From Octopus vulgaris (Eukaryota), in the NCBI GenBank assembly GCA_951406725.2, contig OX597826.1:73656001-73720000 (forward strand): a stretch of 64,000 nucleotides of DNA, read 5' to 3'. Shown piece by piece: positions 40,916 through 54,115 of this stretch (position 1 is its first letter; every line of letters begins with the position of its first letter). Under the pieces are notes generated by a model that did no database searches, was not told where the DNA came from, and was given only the letters and a program-made list of their open reading frames with translations. Made by a program: the position numbers and the translations under genes.

Positions 40916-41210
40916 CTAGCAGTATCACCCGGCGTTGCTCGGGTTTGTAAGAGAAATAACTAACCAAGCATTTTTAGAGAGTTACTTCCCTTATATAACC
41001 CGAGCAAAAATCATTAAAAATGCGGAAAAATGATGGTAAATTTTTTTTAAATCGTAGACGCGTGCTAATACCCAGAAGGGCTCGATATGAATGATGACTA
41101 TAAGATACCCGCTTTTGGTTAAACTGCACTGCAAAATGTGGGAGTAGTTAGGAATCTAAATCGGAGGAGACAGAGTCTCACACACACAACTTCAATTTTA
41201 TATATAAAGA
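40916..41210 (-). mobile_element. Non-autonomous Helitron-like element, related family
   Basis: Same CTAG/hairpin terminus and tatataaaga end, different interior. Confidence 0.75.
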
Positions 41211-41386
41211 TATTTCACATTTCAACATTTTGAGTTCAATTTCTATAATCAATGTTGCTTTTCATTTTCACCATAATTAGCTCAATCCTCTCTTCTGTCC
41301 ATTTTCACTGGTTTCTAATCAAGATTACTCTCCTAAATCACAACAAAGTGAATGTATGTTGATACATTGTCTCTGTTCTCGTTTAG

Positions 41387-41485
41387 TGTGGTTGGACTGC
41401 TCTGATGTGGGCCTGCTATCTTGGTCATCATAATATAGTGAAAGAACTTCTACAGAAAAATGCCAGTTGTAATATTAAAGCTGAG
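41387..41485 (+). CDS. KIDINS220: Kidins220 ankyrin exon CGWTALMWACYLGHHNIVKELLQKNASCNIKAE
   Basis: tag acceptor, GTAAGA donor, 99 nt. GWTALMWACY resembles vertebrate Kidins220 as recalled. Confidence 0.95.
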
Positions 41486-41683
41486 GTAAGATTTCATTTT
41501 AGTTTCAATATGAACCATTTTTTATTTTGTTTTGTTTTGTTTTTTAACATCTTTTTGGTTGCTTTACAATTAAATTAATAATTAGTTGCTACTGGTTAAC
41601 TCCAGATCAGCTCTGACTGGATCCATTTGTGCTTGCTGTTGTCTACCATCATTTTTTTCTCTCTACTGCCAATCAATCAATCA

Positions 41684-41687
<4 letters not shown>

Positions 41688-41765
<78 letters not shown>
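41688..41765. repeat. (CT)n microsatellite
   Basis: Directly visible. Confidence 0.97.
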
Positions 41766-41766
<1 letters not shown>

Positions 41767-42193
41767 CCTCTCCTCTCTCCCCCCCCTATCATCCTCTAAC
41801 CTCAACCACTCTTAAGAAACCAAGCCAAAAATGGAACCTAGATGCGAGATATGGTTTTCTGTCTCACCAGACTAAGAGGACAGTAGCTTTGAATGAGGAC
41901 TGATACACATTATGACCGTCATCCAGTCTATACCTGTATGAAAGGCTAAATAATAATAATAATGATGATACTTACAAACACACACACACACACACACACA
42001 CTTCTGTTGTATCTTTTACGTATGTGCATAAGCATAATCATGTGTTTACACACACACACACACAACAAATTACTGTAACAGTAAAAAAAATTAAAAAGAA
42101 CAATAAATTTACTGCAGAAACTTTCATTTCTGTATTTTAACCACTGTATCCATGGTAACCATCATATTTATTTTCGCATTATTCTAATTACAG

Positions 42194-42292
42194 TATAATA
42201 TGACGTGCCTTGCATGGAGTTCTGGGAGAGGCTACTCAGAGATCGTCTCTGATTTATTACACCATGGTGCTAAAGTTAATGCCACAGACAAG
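42194..42292 (+). CDS. KIDINS220: Kidins220 ankyrin exon YNMTCLAWSSGRGYSEIVSDLLHHGAKVNATDK
   Basis: cag acceptor, GTAATC donor, 99 nt, phase 0/0. Confidence 0.95.
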
Positions 42293-44301
42293 GTAATCTC
42301 TGTCGTTTCTCACTTTCTTGTTGTTGTTTTTTTTATTATTTAGGACAGTAAGGTGATGAGCTGGCAGAATCTTTAGCACGCCGGGTGAAATGCTTAGCGG
42401 TATTTCGTCTGCCACTACGCTCTGAGTTTAAATTCCGCCACGGTCAACTTTGCCATTCTTTCGGGGTCGATAAATTAAGTACCAGTTATGCACTGGGTCG
42501 ATGTAATTGAATTACTCCCTTTGACTGTCCTTGCTTGTTCCTCCTATGTTTAGCCCCTTGTGGGCAATAAAGAAATAAGAATCATTAGTGCATCAAACAA
42601 AATGCCTTGTGGTATTTCATCTGTCTTTATGTTCTGAGTTCAAACTCCACTGAGGTCGACTTTGCCTTTCATCCTTATGGGGTCGATAAAATAAGGACCA
42701 AGTGAGCACTGGGGTTGATGTAATCATCAGCTTAACCCCTTCCCTGAAATCGCTGACTTTGTGCCAAAATTTGAAACTATCAAGCATTAGACCTCATGGA
42801 GGCAAAGTGACCAAGTTCCTTTCAAGTGTTGGGCCTCATGGAGGCAATGACCAAGACCTTTGGCATTATGTTGTGCTTGAGAAGAAGACCCTTCAAGATG
42901 AGCAAAATTGCAGTTGTAGCAGATACTGGTGTCACACAAATGGCACCTGTGCCAATGGTACATAAAAGCACCCATTACACTCTCAGAGTGGTTAGGAAGG
43001 GTATCCAGCATAGAAAACCATGTCAAATCAGACTGGAGCCTGGCACAGCCTTCCAGCATGCCATCCTAGTCAAACCATCCAATGTCGACAATGGATGTTA
43101 AATAAGGATGATGATGATGATGGTGATATTTAGAACAGTAAGGCAGGAAGCTGGCAGAATCATTAGTGCATCAAACGAAATGCTTAGTGGCATTTCTTTT
43201 GCCACTTTTTTTTATTCTGAGTTCAAATCCCACTTAGGTCAGCTTTTACCTTTTGTCTTTTCGGGAGTGTGGTAGGAGAGTGATGTAATCAACTTGGGTC
43301 CCTCTCTTCAAATTGCTGGCCTTGTGCCAAGATTAGGAAGTGGTTAGCAGAATCATTAGAGTACCAACCAAAGTACCTTGCTGTATTTAATTATGTCTTT
43401 TTAGACTGAGTTCAAATCCCACCACAGTCAACTTACCCTTGCAGTCAATAAAATAAAGTACCAGTTAAATACTGGGGTCGATATAACCACCTGTCCCTTC
43501 CCCAAAATCTGTAGCAAACAGTACAAACAACACCTGAAGGAAATTCATTTCTTGGGTGCCAGAATGGCTGTGTGGTTAAGAAGCTTGTTCTGTAACCATG
43601 TTGTTTCAGGTTCAATCCCATTGTGCAGCACCTGAGGCAAGTGCCTTCTACTACAGCCCCAGGCTGACCAGTGCCTTGTGAGTGGATTTTGTAGTGCCAA
43701 TGCATGAAACTCTTGGACCTTTAATCACTTTGTCATTTTTGTTGATTAATAATAAAGAAAATGTTTATACAGGTGTGACTGTGTGGTAATAAGCTTTCTT
43801 CCCAACCACATGGCTCCAGGTTCAATCCCACTGCATAGCACCTTGGGTAGGTGTCTTCTACTATAGCCTCAAACTGACCAAAGCCTTGTAAGTAGATTTG
43901 GTAGGTGGAAACTGAAAGAAGCCTGTCATATATTTATATGTGTGTGTGTGTTTTTTTGTCTGTGTTTACGTCCCTGTAACTTAGTGGTTCGGCAAAGGTG
44001 ACCAATAGAATAAATACCAGGCTTAAAAAAAAAAAAACAAGTACTTGATACAATTCATTTGACTAAAACTTCTTCAAGGCAGTGCCCCAGCATGGCCACA
44101 GTCTAATGACTGGAACAAGTAAAAGATAAAAGATACGAGATGCTTGTGTTTTGAGTTCTATTTTCCTGTTTGTATCCCCAAACCTTAATATCTTCTGGAT
44201 ATCCTCTGCATATCTTTTGTATGTCTTCTGTATATGGTTGTCATATGTTGTTTGCTTGTTGTTGTTTCTCTGCTGCTTCACGGCTTTCATTGTCTTTCCA
44301 G

Positions 44302-44400
44302 TATGGAACAACACCATTGGTGTGGGGAGCTCGTAAAGGTTATCTGAACATTGTTGAAAAATTATTGGACCATGGAGCTGATGTGGATATCTCAGGAATG
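44302..44400 (+). CDS. KIDINS220: Kidins220 ankyrin exon YGTTPLVWGARKGYLNIVEKLLDHGADVDISGM
   Basis: cag acceptor, GTAAGT donor, 99 nt. YGTTPLVWxARKG is characteristic of Kidins220. Confidence 0.96.
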
Positions 44401-44878
44401 GTAAGTCAGTGCCTGGCATTTATTGACATTGTATATATTCAGCTTAGGGATGGGTTGCTTGGTTGATTAATTTAATAAATAGACACAGGAGTGGCTGTGT
44501 GGTAAGTAGCTTGCTTCCCAACCACATGGCTCTGGGTTCAGTCCCACTGGTTGACACTTTGGGCAAGGGCCTTCTACTATATTTTCAGGCCAACCAAAGC
44601 TTTGTGAGTGAACTTGGTAGAGGGAAACTGAAAAAAACCCATCATGTGAATAAAGTACTGTATGAATCGGCCGAAATTGTGAAGATAATCAGGTAGTCAA
44701 CTGAGGAAAGAAAACTCCGAATGACTTGTCCTTGTTTTCTTTGTATCATCTATCTGGCTGTTTTGTTGTCCCATTTTTGTATCACCAACTGTCTGGACAT
44801 TTTGCGTTCTTGTCCCATTTTGTATTTTATATATATATATCATTATCACTTTCCTAACATTTGTCATTTTTATTGTAG

Positions 44879-44977
44879 AATTCATGGACAGCCTTACTTG
44901 TTGCTACTCGTGGTGGTTACACAGAAATTGTGCACAAATTAATTGAGAGAGACCCCCATGTTAATGCAGTTGATAAA
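44879..44977 (+). CDS. KIDINS220: Kidins220 ankyrin exon [33 protein letters not shown]
   Basis: tag acceptor, GTAAGG donor, 99 nt. Confidence 0.95.
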
Positions 44978-45843
44978 GTAAGGAAAGTTTTATTTTTCTT
45001 TCAACATTCTAAAAATAATTTCTCTAAAGTCTTATTCATTTTATTTTTTTAATCACCTTCAACTCTTGAGTTTAACCCCATTCAAAGTTAATTTACATGC
45101 TTAGAGGAAAATATGATTGTTGTTTGGAGAAAAGGGATAATTATGAGCATGTTTCAGTCTATCAGCCTTCATCAGTGTTAATATCTACTGAAGCTCATTT
45201 ATACAATTAACAAGGATTTTTACGGGTATGGAGTGTGATTGGGAGCCCGATGCAGCCCTGAGGCTTGTCAGATCCTGTCGAACTGTCCAACCATTGCCAG
45301 CATGGAAAATTAATATCAAATGATGATGGTGAGCCACATGAGTTTTGGGGTTCGGTCCCACTATACAGAAACTTGGGCAAGCGTCTTGTACTATAGCCCC
45401 AGGCCAGCCAAAGCCTGTGAGTGGATTTGGTAGATAAAAAGTGAAAGAAGCTTGTCTTGTGTGTATGTGTGTCTCTGTGTGTGTGCATGCATGTATGTTT
45501 GCATGTATGTGTGCCTGTGTGTGTGCATGTGTATGTGTACCTCTGTGTGTATATGCACCTTTGTGTGTGTGTGTGTGTACATGTGTGCATGTGTATGTGT
45601 GCCTCTGCATGTGTATGTGTGCCTTTGTTTGTGCCTGTCTGTGTATACATTTATTTGGAAAGAACAGAGACCAATGGAATAAGTATCATGCTTACAAACA
45701 AGTGTTGGGGTGTTGGTCTTTTTGGCTAAAATTCTTCAAGACAGTGCTCCAGCATGGCCACAGTCCAGTGACCAAAACAAGTAAGAGATCAAGGATGAAA
45801 TTAACTGATTCTTTTGAGTTATTTCCTTTAGTTTGTTTTTATT

Positions 45844-45863
45844 TTATTATTATTATTATTATT

Positions 45864-45908
<45 letters not shown>

Positions 45909-45962
45909 GTCATCATCATCATCATCGTCATCATCATCATTATTATTATTATTATTATTATT
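45844..45962. repeat. (ATT)n(ATC)n(ATT)n microsatellite
   Basis: Directly visible. Confidence 0.97.
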
Positions 45963-46664
45963 AAGGCTGCGAGCTGGCAGAATCGTTAGTACGCTGGATA
46001 AAATGCTTAGTGGTATTTCGCCCATTGGTACGTTCTGAGTTCAAAAGTACCAGTTAAACACTGGGGTTGATGTAATTTACTCATCCCCCCCTGCCCTCAA
46101 AATTGCTGCCCTTGTGACAAAATTTGAAACCATTATTATTATTATTATTATTATGTAAACTATAGTGGCCAAAAAATATTTATAAACTCTTTTTCTATAT
46201 TAAAAATGTTTGTCAACCAGCAAGGCGGCATTCAGTAGACTGTACTATGCTGATGAGATTAAATAGGCTGAAACAGATACATAGTTGTCCCTTGATTGCA
46301 AGTAAATTTAAAGGAAGGTTTACCAATAGACTTTCCTTTAAATTAACTTTGAAAGGTTACTTCCTTGAAATTATCTCCCTTTACTTTGAAGTGTGCTCAC
46401 CATCGCTGCTAGGTGTTTGTCTTCTTTCTCCAATTAAGAGCGGGATTTAAATAATTAAGAATTTTTGACATGCATCATTTTGTACGTCAACCCTTAACTT
46501 ACCCAAATTCATGGCATTGATTCATTTCACTTATTTCATTTAACTTATTCTATTTCTCTTTAATTATGCAGATTACACTGGCCCAAAATTATTCATAACT
46601 CTTTTTCTATTTATAAAAATCTTTTTCGTATGATCAAACACATGTAAGAGTAGACTATAGTCTG

Positions 46665-46694
46665 CTGATGAGGTCTAATAGACTGAAACATGTC
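46665..46694 (+). ncRNA. Minimal hammerhead-like motif with intact core and decayed stem I
   Basis: CTGATGA-GGTC-TAATA-GACT-GAAA-CATG-TC. Confidence 0.6.
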
Positions 46695-47179
46695 CTTGGT
46701 TGTCCCCTACCTGCATGGCAAGGATCTGATATTCTCCTTTTCATCTGATCTTTGAAGAAACAAATTGAACCAATTTATTTTCTCCTCTGCATGTAAATTG
46801 ATTGAGAAATTAATTAATTCCTTAGTAGCATTTCTTCCAGCTCTGTACGTTTCTGAGTTCAAATACCACTCATGTCAACTTTGCCTCTCACCCTTTCAGG
46901 GCCAGTAAAATAAGTACCAATTAAGTACTGGGGTCGATTACATCAACCCCAAAAGTAGAAAAATATATTTAATTGTCATAAAAGTCTTGGTTTATATTTT
47001 TAAGATGTTGTGAGGGTCAGAAATTATATAAATTGTTTCTTGTTTGTTTTCCGTAAACAGAAATGAGTTAACAATTTTGTTCATGTTTTGTTGTTGTGTT
47101 TTGTTTTGCTATTTTTCATTTAATTTTTCATTAAATTCTATGAATAACCAATGCTATTTGTCTGCTTTGTTTCCTTTAG

Positions 47180-47278
47180 GATGGTTTCACAGCCCTTGCT
47201 ATCAGTGCCAAAGAAGGTTACACTGAAATCTCGCAGGCTCTTCTTGCCAAAGGAGCTTATGTTAACATCGTTGATAAA
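47180..47278 (+). CDS. KIDINS220: Kidins220 ankyrin exon DGFTALAISAKEGYTEISQALLAKGAYVNIVDK
   Basis: tag acceptor, GTTAGT donor, 99 nt. Confidence 0.95.
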
Positions 47279-47459
47279 GTTAGTCACATTTTCACTATTT
47301 TACTCTTAATATTTCCAATATTTTGTGAAGTTTTTTGTTGTTGTTTGTTGATGTCTATCACTACTAGAAAATATAATTATAGATAATAACTATATATTGA
47401 TTTTAGGAAGGCATTCAACCATAAAAACCCTGCCAAAATAGACAGTGGAGCCTAGTGCA

Positions 47460-47670
47460 GTCTTCTGCCTAGCCAGCCACTGTCTCCTACCTAGCCAAAC
47501 CCTGTCTTCTGCCTAGCGAGCCCCTGTCTTCTGCCTAGCCAGCCTCAGTCTTCTGCCTAGCCGGCCCCTGTCTTCTGCCTAGCCGGCCCCTGTCTTCTGC
47601 CTAGCCAGCCCCTGTCTTCTACCTAGCCGGCCCCTGTCTTCTACCTATCTGGCCCCTGTCTTCTGCCTAG
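47460..47670. repeat. 21-nt minisatellite (ccctgtcttctgcctagccrg) x about 10, expanded inside a family-C SINE
   Basis: Directly visible; SINE sequence resumes on both sides. Confidence 0.9.
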
Positions 47671-48888
47671 CTAGATCCTGGAAAATGGACGTCAAATAAC
47701 AATGATGACGATGATGACGGGCATGGCTGGTAGGCATAGACGTGGTTGTATGGATATAAAGTTTGCTTCCCATGCACATTGTTTCAAGTTCAGTCCTACT
47801 ACATAGCACCTTGAACAAATGTCTTCTACTACAAGCCTGGATCAACTAAAGCATTGTGAGTAGGTTTAGTAGATGGCAACTGAGCGAAGCCCATTGTGTG
47901 TGGGTGTGTGTACTCGTGTCCTGGCATCACATGATGGGAAAATATTATCTTGCAAGCAGTGATGAAAACTAATCAGAGGAGGTTGAACTTCACAAAGAAG
48001 ATAATAAGATAACTACAAGCATCAAGATGCTATCCTGAAGAAGACCTATCCTGCCTATGCAAGCATGGAAAAACAGGCATAAAATGTTCATAAAAGTTGT
48101 GTGGATATAGATAGATAGATATTGATTGATACAGGGATGGAGACTTACATACAGGACTTTAAGTTTCTCTTTCAACAATTTGGATGATTGTTGCTCATTT
48201 TCAGCTATACTTGATTGTGCCACACGCACTGGACTTGCACAGCTGATATTGAGGTCTACTTCCGTTGTCATCACCACATGGTTTGCTAGTATGTATATCA
48301 TCATCATCATCATCCAGTGTTTTAAATCCAGGTTTTATCCCCGTTAATGGGGGTGGCTGGATCTACCTCAATGCCATAGCAACCAAGGTAGGCAGGTGCA
48401 GCCCACCCCAACCTTTCAGCTGGCTGGTGGTGCCCCTTCTCCTTTGCTATCATGAGGCTTTTTTGGAGCTGGGTTTTCTATGGGGAGCATGCCCTTTCTT
48501 ACCCCCAACCTCAGCTTCTAGACATGAGTGGTCCGGAGACCAAGGCATCTACCATGATTTTTAAGAAATGTGGTAGAAAACTAGTTCAGGAAGGCAGGGA
48601 CGCTACTCCCTGAGACCCCTATCTTATGATGTGAGGTGATGGTGATATATAGTGGTGTTCTTTGGTAGAGGAAGACCCAAGGAATACCTGGCAATGTTTC
48701 ATTCCATTCTGGGAACTATATCAAAGATAAGATGACAATGGATTGAAAAGGTTAATATGTTGTGTTATATGTAATCCAGTCTAATCAATAGATGTTGAAA
48801 TAATTTTACGATGATAAATGTAGAATTAGACTTAAGTTTATATTGGTTAAATATTTCTGTTATTTTCTGTAATCCCTGAAAAACTTAA

Positions 48889-49590
48889 ACCCTTTAGCAT
48901 TTAAACCAACCATATCGGGTCCAAACATTCTTCTTGTTTTATGTTCAAACCAGTCAGATCCAGCCTCTCACACCTACCCTACAATGTCATTCTCAAAATA
49001 AATGATCATATCATCAAAGTCTCGAAGCTACAAAATAATGCATGATTAATTTAAAACAATGTTAATGAATAATTATTCATCTGAACTCTAAAAGGTTAAG
49101 CCATACCAAAGAAAAATTCAAATTTCAACAAACCTCCTAAAATATCTTTAACCCTTTTGTTACCATATTTCTTTTGAGATGCTCTGTGTTTCTTCCAATT
49201 ACTTTAAATATAACAAAGAATTTAGCAAAATAACTTTGTTATCATTCAGTTAGTGTTAAGGACATAAATTGTGAGTAAGGTTTGGGGGAAGATTTAATTT
49301 AGAATATTTGTACAACAGAGCCAGAGCCAGTTTCAGCCAGGTTGGTAACGAAAGGGTTAAGAATGGTTTCTCTATTATATATTTTAACCCTTTTGTTACC
49401 ATTATTTCTGTTGAGATGCTCTGTGTTTCTTTCAATTAATTTCAAATATAACAAAGAATTTAGTAAAATAACTTAGTTATCATTAAGCTAGTGTTAGGAA
49501 CATAAATTGTGACTAATTGGTGAAAGATTTTAATTCAAAACTTATGAAAACAAGACAGAGCCATTTTCAGCCAGGTTGGTAACGAAAAGG
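48889..49590. mobile_element. Three adjacent TTAA-type MITEs (about 48889-49095, 49152-49356, 49388-49590)
   Basis: CCCTTT...AAAGG(G) termini with TTAA flanks; the last two belong to the 36053 family. Confidence 0.8.
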
Positions 49591-49638
49591 TTAAAGAATT
49601 GTCTGATATTGTTTTTTCTATTTTTTCTTTCTGTCCAG

Positions 49639-49737
49639 GCGAGCGATACAATATTGATTCATGCTGTGAAAGGAGGTCACGTTGATATAGTCAAGGCCTT
49701 GCTTGGTAAACATGCTGATGTAGATATTGCTGGTTCG
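49639..49737 (+). CDS. KIDINS220: Kidins220 ankyrin exon [33 protein letters not shown]
   Basis: cag acceptor, GTGAGT donor, 99 nt. Confidence 0.95.
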
Positions 49738-51389
49738 GTGAGTATTGAACATTTCTCTATTACTGGAAGACTATAACAATGTAATTCCCCTTCACTAATG
49801 ACATGTGTGTGTATGTTTATATATGTATGTATATGTGTATATCACTGAATCAATCAAACTATCGAACATTGCCATTCACCACTGGACACAATGTCCTTCC
49901 TCACGTTATTGTAGTTTTCAAATGATGCCAACCTGCTGGTTAAGCTGACAGACCAACATTTACCCTGAATGGAACACCAGTTCATCACAGGGTTAACGAT
50001 TGACAGCTGACCGGACTGGAGCAATGCCCAAGAAGACAACACACTGCCAGACTAGGAATTGAAACCATGATCTTGCAATCGTGAGTGCAACTCCCTAACC
50101 ACTTGGCCACATGCCTTCACATATACTTATAATACTGTAAAAGTTGTGACTGTATAGTTAGGAAGTTCACTTTACAAGCGCATGGTTCTGGGTTCAATTC
50201 CTGTGTACTGTACCTTGGCAAGTATTTCTACTGTGGCTTCAAATTGACCAATGTCTTGTCAGTGGAATTTGGTAGACAAAGCAGTGTGTGGGTGAATACA
50301 TACAAGGTCTGATCAATAAGTATCCGGACTGTTGCCATAGTAACGAAGCTAAAGCACACAGAGTGAAGTCACTTGGCACAGATTGACCTTGAACTCTGCT
50401 GTGCATGTACAACATCATCATCATCATCATTTAACGTCCGCTTTCCATGCTAGCATGGGTTGGACGATTTGACTGAGGTCTGGTGAACCAGATGGCTGCA
50501 CCAGACTCCAATCTGATCTGGCAGAGTTTCTACAGTGGGATGCCCTTCCCAACGCCAACCACTCTGAGAGTGTAGTGGATGCTTGGCAACGGCCACTCTC
50601 AAATGGTGCTTTTTATGTGCCACCTGCACAGGAGCCAGTCCAGCGGCACTAGCAACTAAGTTTTAATGTTCTAGCTCACCTCCCTTGTTTACAGCAGTTT
50701 TACTTTAGTTTCACGGATGCTGCCTTTTTACTGTCAATCTCATCATTGAAAATGCAGTGATGTCGTAATTGGCCCCTTGGCCTCTGTAATTCTCTGCCGT
50801 AGCAGGAACTAGATTTAATGTGTCATGGTTTAGAAACACAAGGCAGTGGTTGGTATTTTTTATCCAAACTGACAACCATGTGGTCAGTAGCCCAGCACTT
50901 TCACTTCACAGCTATTTTAGAGCTCTTCATTGTGGATGTCATTTGAAGTAATAAAAACACACCATAAACATATAAATATTATTATGATTCCAACATACAA
51001 GCATCATCACATATGTTATGAACAAGCAAAACGAAAACGTCTTCAACATTTGTACATTGTCTCTTGTCTCTCACATATCAGCGTGACATTTCCCTCACAC
51101 ATAAATATCATCAATGTCCTATAAACATGATCACATCTCTCTAACATATAAATACATAAACATTATTACATATCTCATATGTGAGGCTAGGTCGGAATCT
51201 AGGACAAGTTAAAAAAAAACTAAACAATGGCGCAGGAGTGGCTGTGTGGTAAGTAGCTTGCTTACCAACCACATGGTTCCGGGTTCATTCTCACTGCGTG
51301 GCACCTTGGGCAAGTGCCTTCTACTATAGTCTTGGGCTGACCAAAGCCTTGTGAGTGGATTTGGTGGACGGAAACTGAAAGAAGCCTGT

Positions 51390-51426
<37 letters not shown>

Positions 51427-52204
51427 ATATGTTTGTGTGTGTGTTTGTCTCCCAACATCGCTTGACAACAAATGCTGGTGTGTTTACGTCCCCGTAACTT
51501 TGCAGTTCGGCAAAAGAGACCAATAAATAAGTACTACGCTTCTAAAGAATAAGCCCTGGGGTCGATTTGCTCGACTAAAGGCAGTGCTCCAGCATGGCCA
51601 CAGTCAAAAGACTGAAAAGAGTAAAAGAATGCACTGTGTGTGTATCATCATCATCATCATCGTTTAACGTCTGTTTTCCATGCTGGCATGGGTTGGACGG
51701 TTCAACTGGGAAGCCAGGAGGCTGCACCAGGCCCCAATCTGATCTGGCAGTATTTCTACAACTGGATACCCTTCCAAACGCCAACCGCTCCGAGAGTGTA
51801 GTGGGTGCTTTTTACATGACACCAGGACTGGGGCCAGAGGAGCTGGCATCAACCATGATCAGATGGTATTTTTTACATGCCAGCGGCACTGGCACCATCC
51901 GCGTTTGGATGGTGTTTTTTATGTGCTACTGGCACAGAAGCCAGAGGAGCAGGCATCGACCACGTTCAGATGGTGCTTTTTACATGCCACCGGTACAGAA
52001 GCCAGTCAAAGCGGGACTGGCATCATCCACGTTCGGATGGTGCTGTTTATGTGCCACCAGCACAGAGCTCACAACTACAATTTCCATTTGATTTGATATT
52101 TTGATATTGCTGATGTTGATGTATGTGAAGAGAAATCTATAAATTTACCCTTTTTTGTTTTACAATGTTGTTCTTGCTGTTGATGATGGTGATAATGTAT
52201 CCAG

Positions 52205-52303
52205 GAAGGTAAAACTGCACTCTACTGGGGCATCGATAAGGGCTACAATGATATTGTCAAACAACTTCTGGCTATGGACCCTGACTTGGAGATCTGTAAC
52301 AAG
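52205..52303 (+). CDS. KIDINS220: Kidins220 ankyrin exon EGKTALYWGIDKGYNDIVKQLLAMDPDLEICNK
   Basis: cag acceptor (weak pyrimidine tract), GTTAGT donor, 99 nt. KTALYW..KG and PDxEIC are Kidins220-like. Confidence 0.94.
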
Positions 52304-52805
52304 GTTAGTTGGCCATATTTCTTTGTTTATCTCAGTAGTGGTGGTCATGTGGCTAATTACTGGTATTTATGTGTGTGCGTGAGGTGGACTGGCAAGTATG
52401 TGTGAGACTGTCACATACAGAATGGTGTGTGTGTGTGTGTGTGTGTGAAGTTGTCACATGTGAAATGTTAGGAATGTGTGTGGGTGAACATTTTTTCGGT
52501 GGGTTTAAGTGAGTTTGTGTTATGCCAGTATGGTTTGTAGTTCTGTTGGTGTGTGGTGTTTGCAGTTGTGTTGGTGTGTGGCATATAGTTGTATATTGTT
52601 GTTATTTAGCTCCAAGTCAAACCTATAACCAAAGGCAACTCGACCATGACCTCCCCATCTGTAACTGGTATGATGTAGTGATGCAGTATGTGGATTACAA
52701 GTGCAACTCACCAGAGACACTGGATGTCTCCCTGAAGACCTCCCTCAACCAATGCAGGACAAAGGACAATGGCATGTTGATATATGGATGAAGACAGTGA
52801 AATGC

Positions 52806-52836
<31 letters not shown>

Positions 52837-53427
52837 CAAGGTAGATGTAGGAAGAAATGGGAATACTGGATTTCACAATGTTTAGACGAGTTGACAGAAG
52901 ATGAAAAGAAGTGAGAACATCTTGTTTTCCAGACTCTGCCAACCCATACCAACACCAGAAATTGCCCCTTAGAATGGAGAGAATGATAATTTGATGTTTG
53001 AACGTTATTTGTATTGTGATAACATCAATTAAGTGTACATATTGAAGGAGGTAAGCTATAAAACACATACCTGGGAAGCACCCCACTTCTGTTGCTGCAG
53101 AGAAGATCGCTGTTTGTTGTGTATGATTTTTTTCCTTATTTGAAGTGTTTGTGTGTGGCATATAATGTTTTGTTAATGTGTACCGAGTATATAAAATGTT
53201 TTGTTGTAGTATGGAAGGAAGAGAAGATCATAGAAATGACCATATTTGATGGCATATAAGATGCACTTTTTCCCAAAAAAAAGTGTTTCAAAAAATCCCC
53301 CTTGGCCCTATATATAAGGTTGGGCTTGCCATAAGCTTTAATGAGCTAAAAACGTTTTCCTTAAATAAGAGCTGCTGGAATTGGGGAGCATCAAATATGC
53401 CTGTACATCTTTAATGCCATCAAATGC

Positions 53428-53473
<46 letters not shown>

Positions 53474-53741
53474 CATACATACATACATACATGCATACAA
53501 ATATACACACATACATACACACACATACACATAAACACACATACACACATACACATAAACACACATGCACACACATACATACATGTATGTATGTGTAGAT
53601 ATATATATATATATATACACACACACATACATGCATACGTATGTGTGTGTGTGTGCATATATATATATATATATGCACACACACACACACACACATATAC
53701 ATACATATATATAATCAAATTATTATTTGCTTTACATGAAG

Positions 53742-53840
53742 GATGGTGACACTCCGTTACTGAAAGCTGTCCGACATCGAAATGAAGGATGTGTGTATAT
53801 GTTGCTGGAAAAAGGAGCCAAAGTATCAGCTGTCGACAAG
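53742..53840 (+). CDS. KIDINS220: Kidins220 ankyrin exon DGDTPLLKAVRHRNEGCVYMLLEKGAKVSAVDK
   Basis: aag acceptor, GTTAGT donor, 99 nt, GAKVSAVDK motif. Confidence 0.94.
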
Positions 53841-54115
53841 GTTAGTGTGAATCGTCCATTTCAGTGAAGGCTTGAGCAGTTCAATCTCTTTTCTCTTCAG
53901 CATATATTATTAATTTAATTGACCTTTTTTGGCCTGAAAATCTCAACCTGTATACACCAGTGTATCTATTCCTGTTCCTATAAATTCGTATATATCTAAT
54001 TATTTAATTTGTTACTTTATATTCTCTATAATTTATGACATAAAACTCAAAAATTTTTCTTCTGCCAAAACTATATTCTATCTGACTCAACTGTGTTCTA
54101 TTGTCTTGCTAACAG

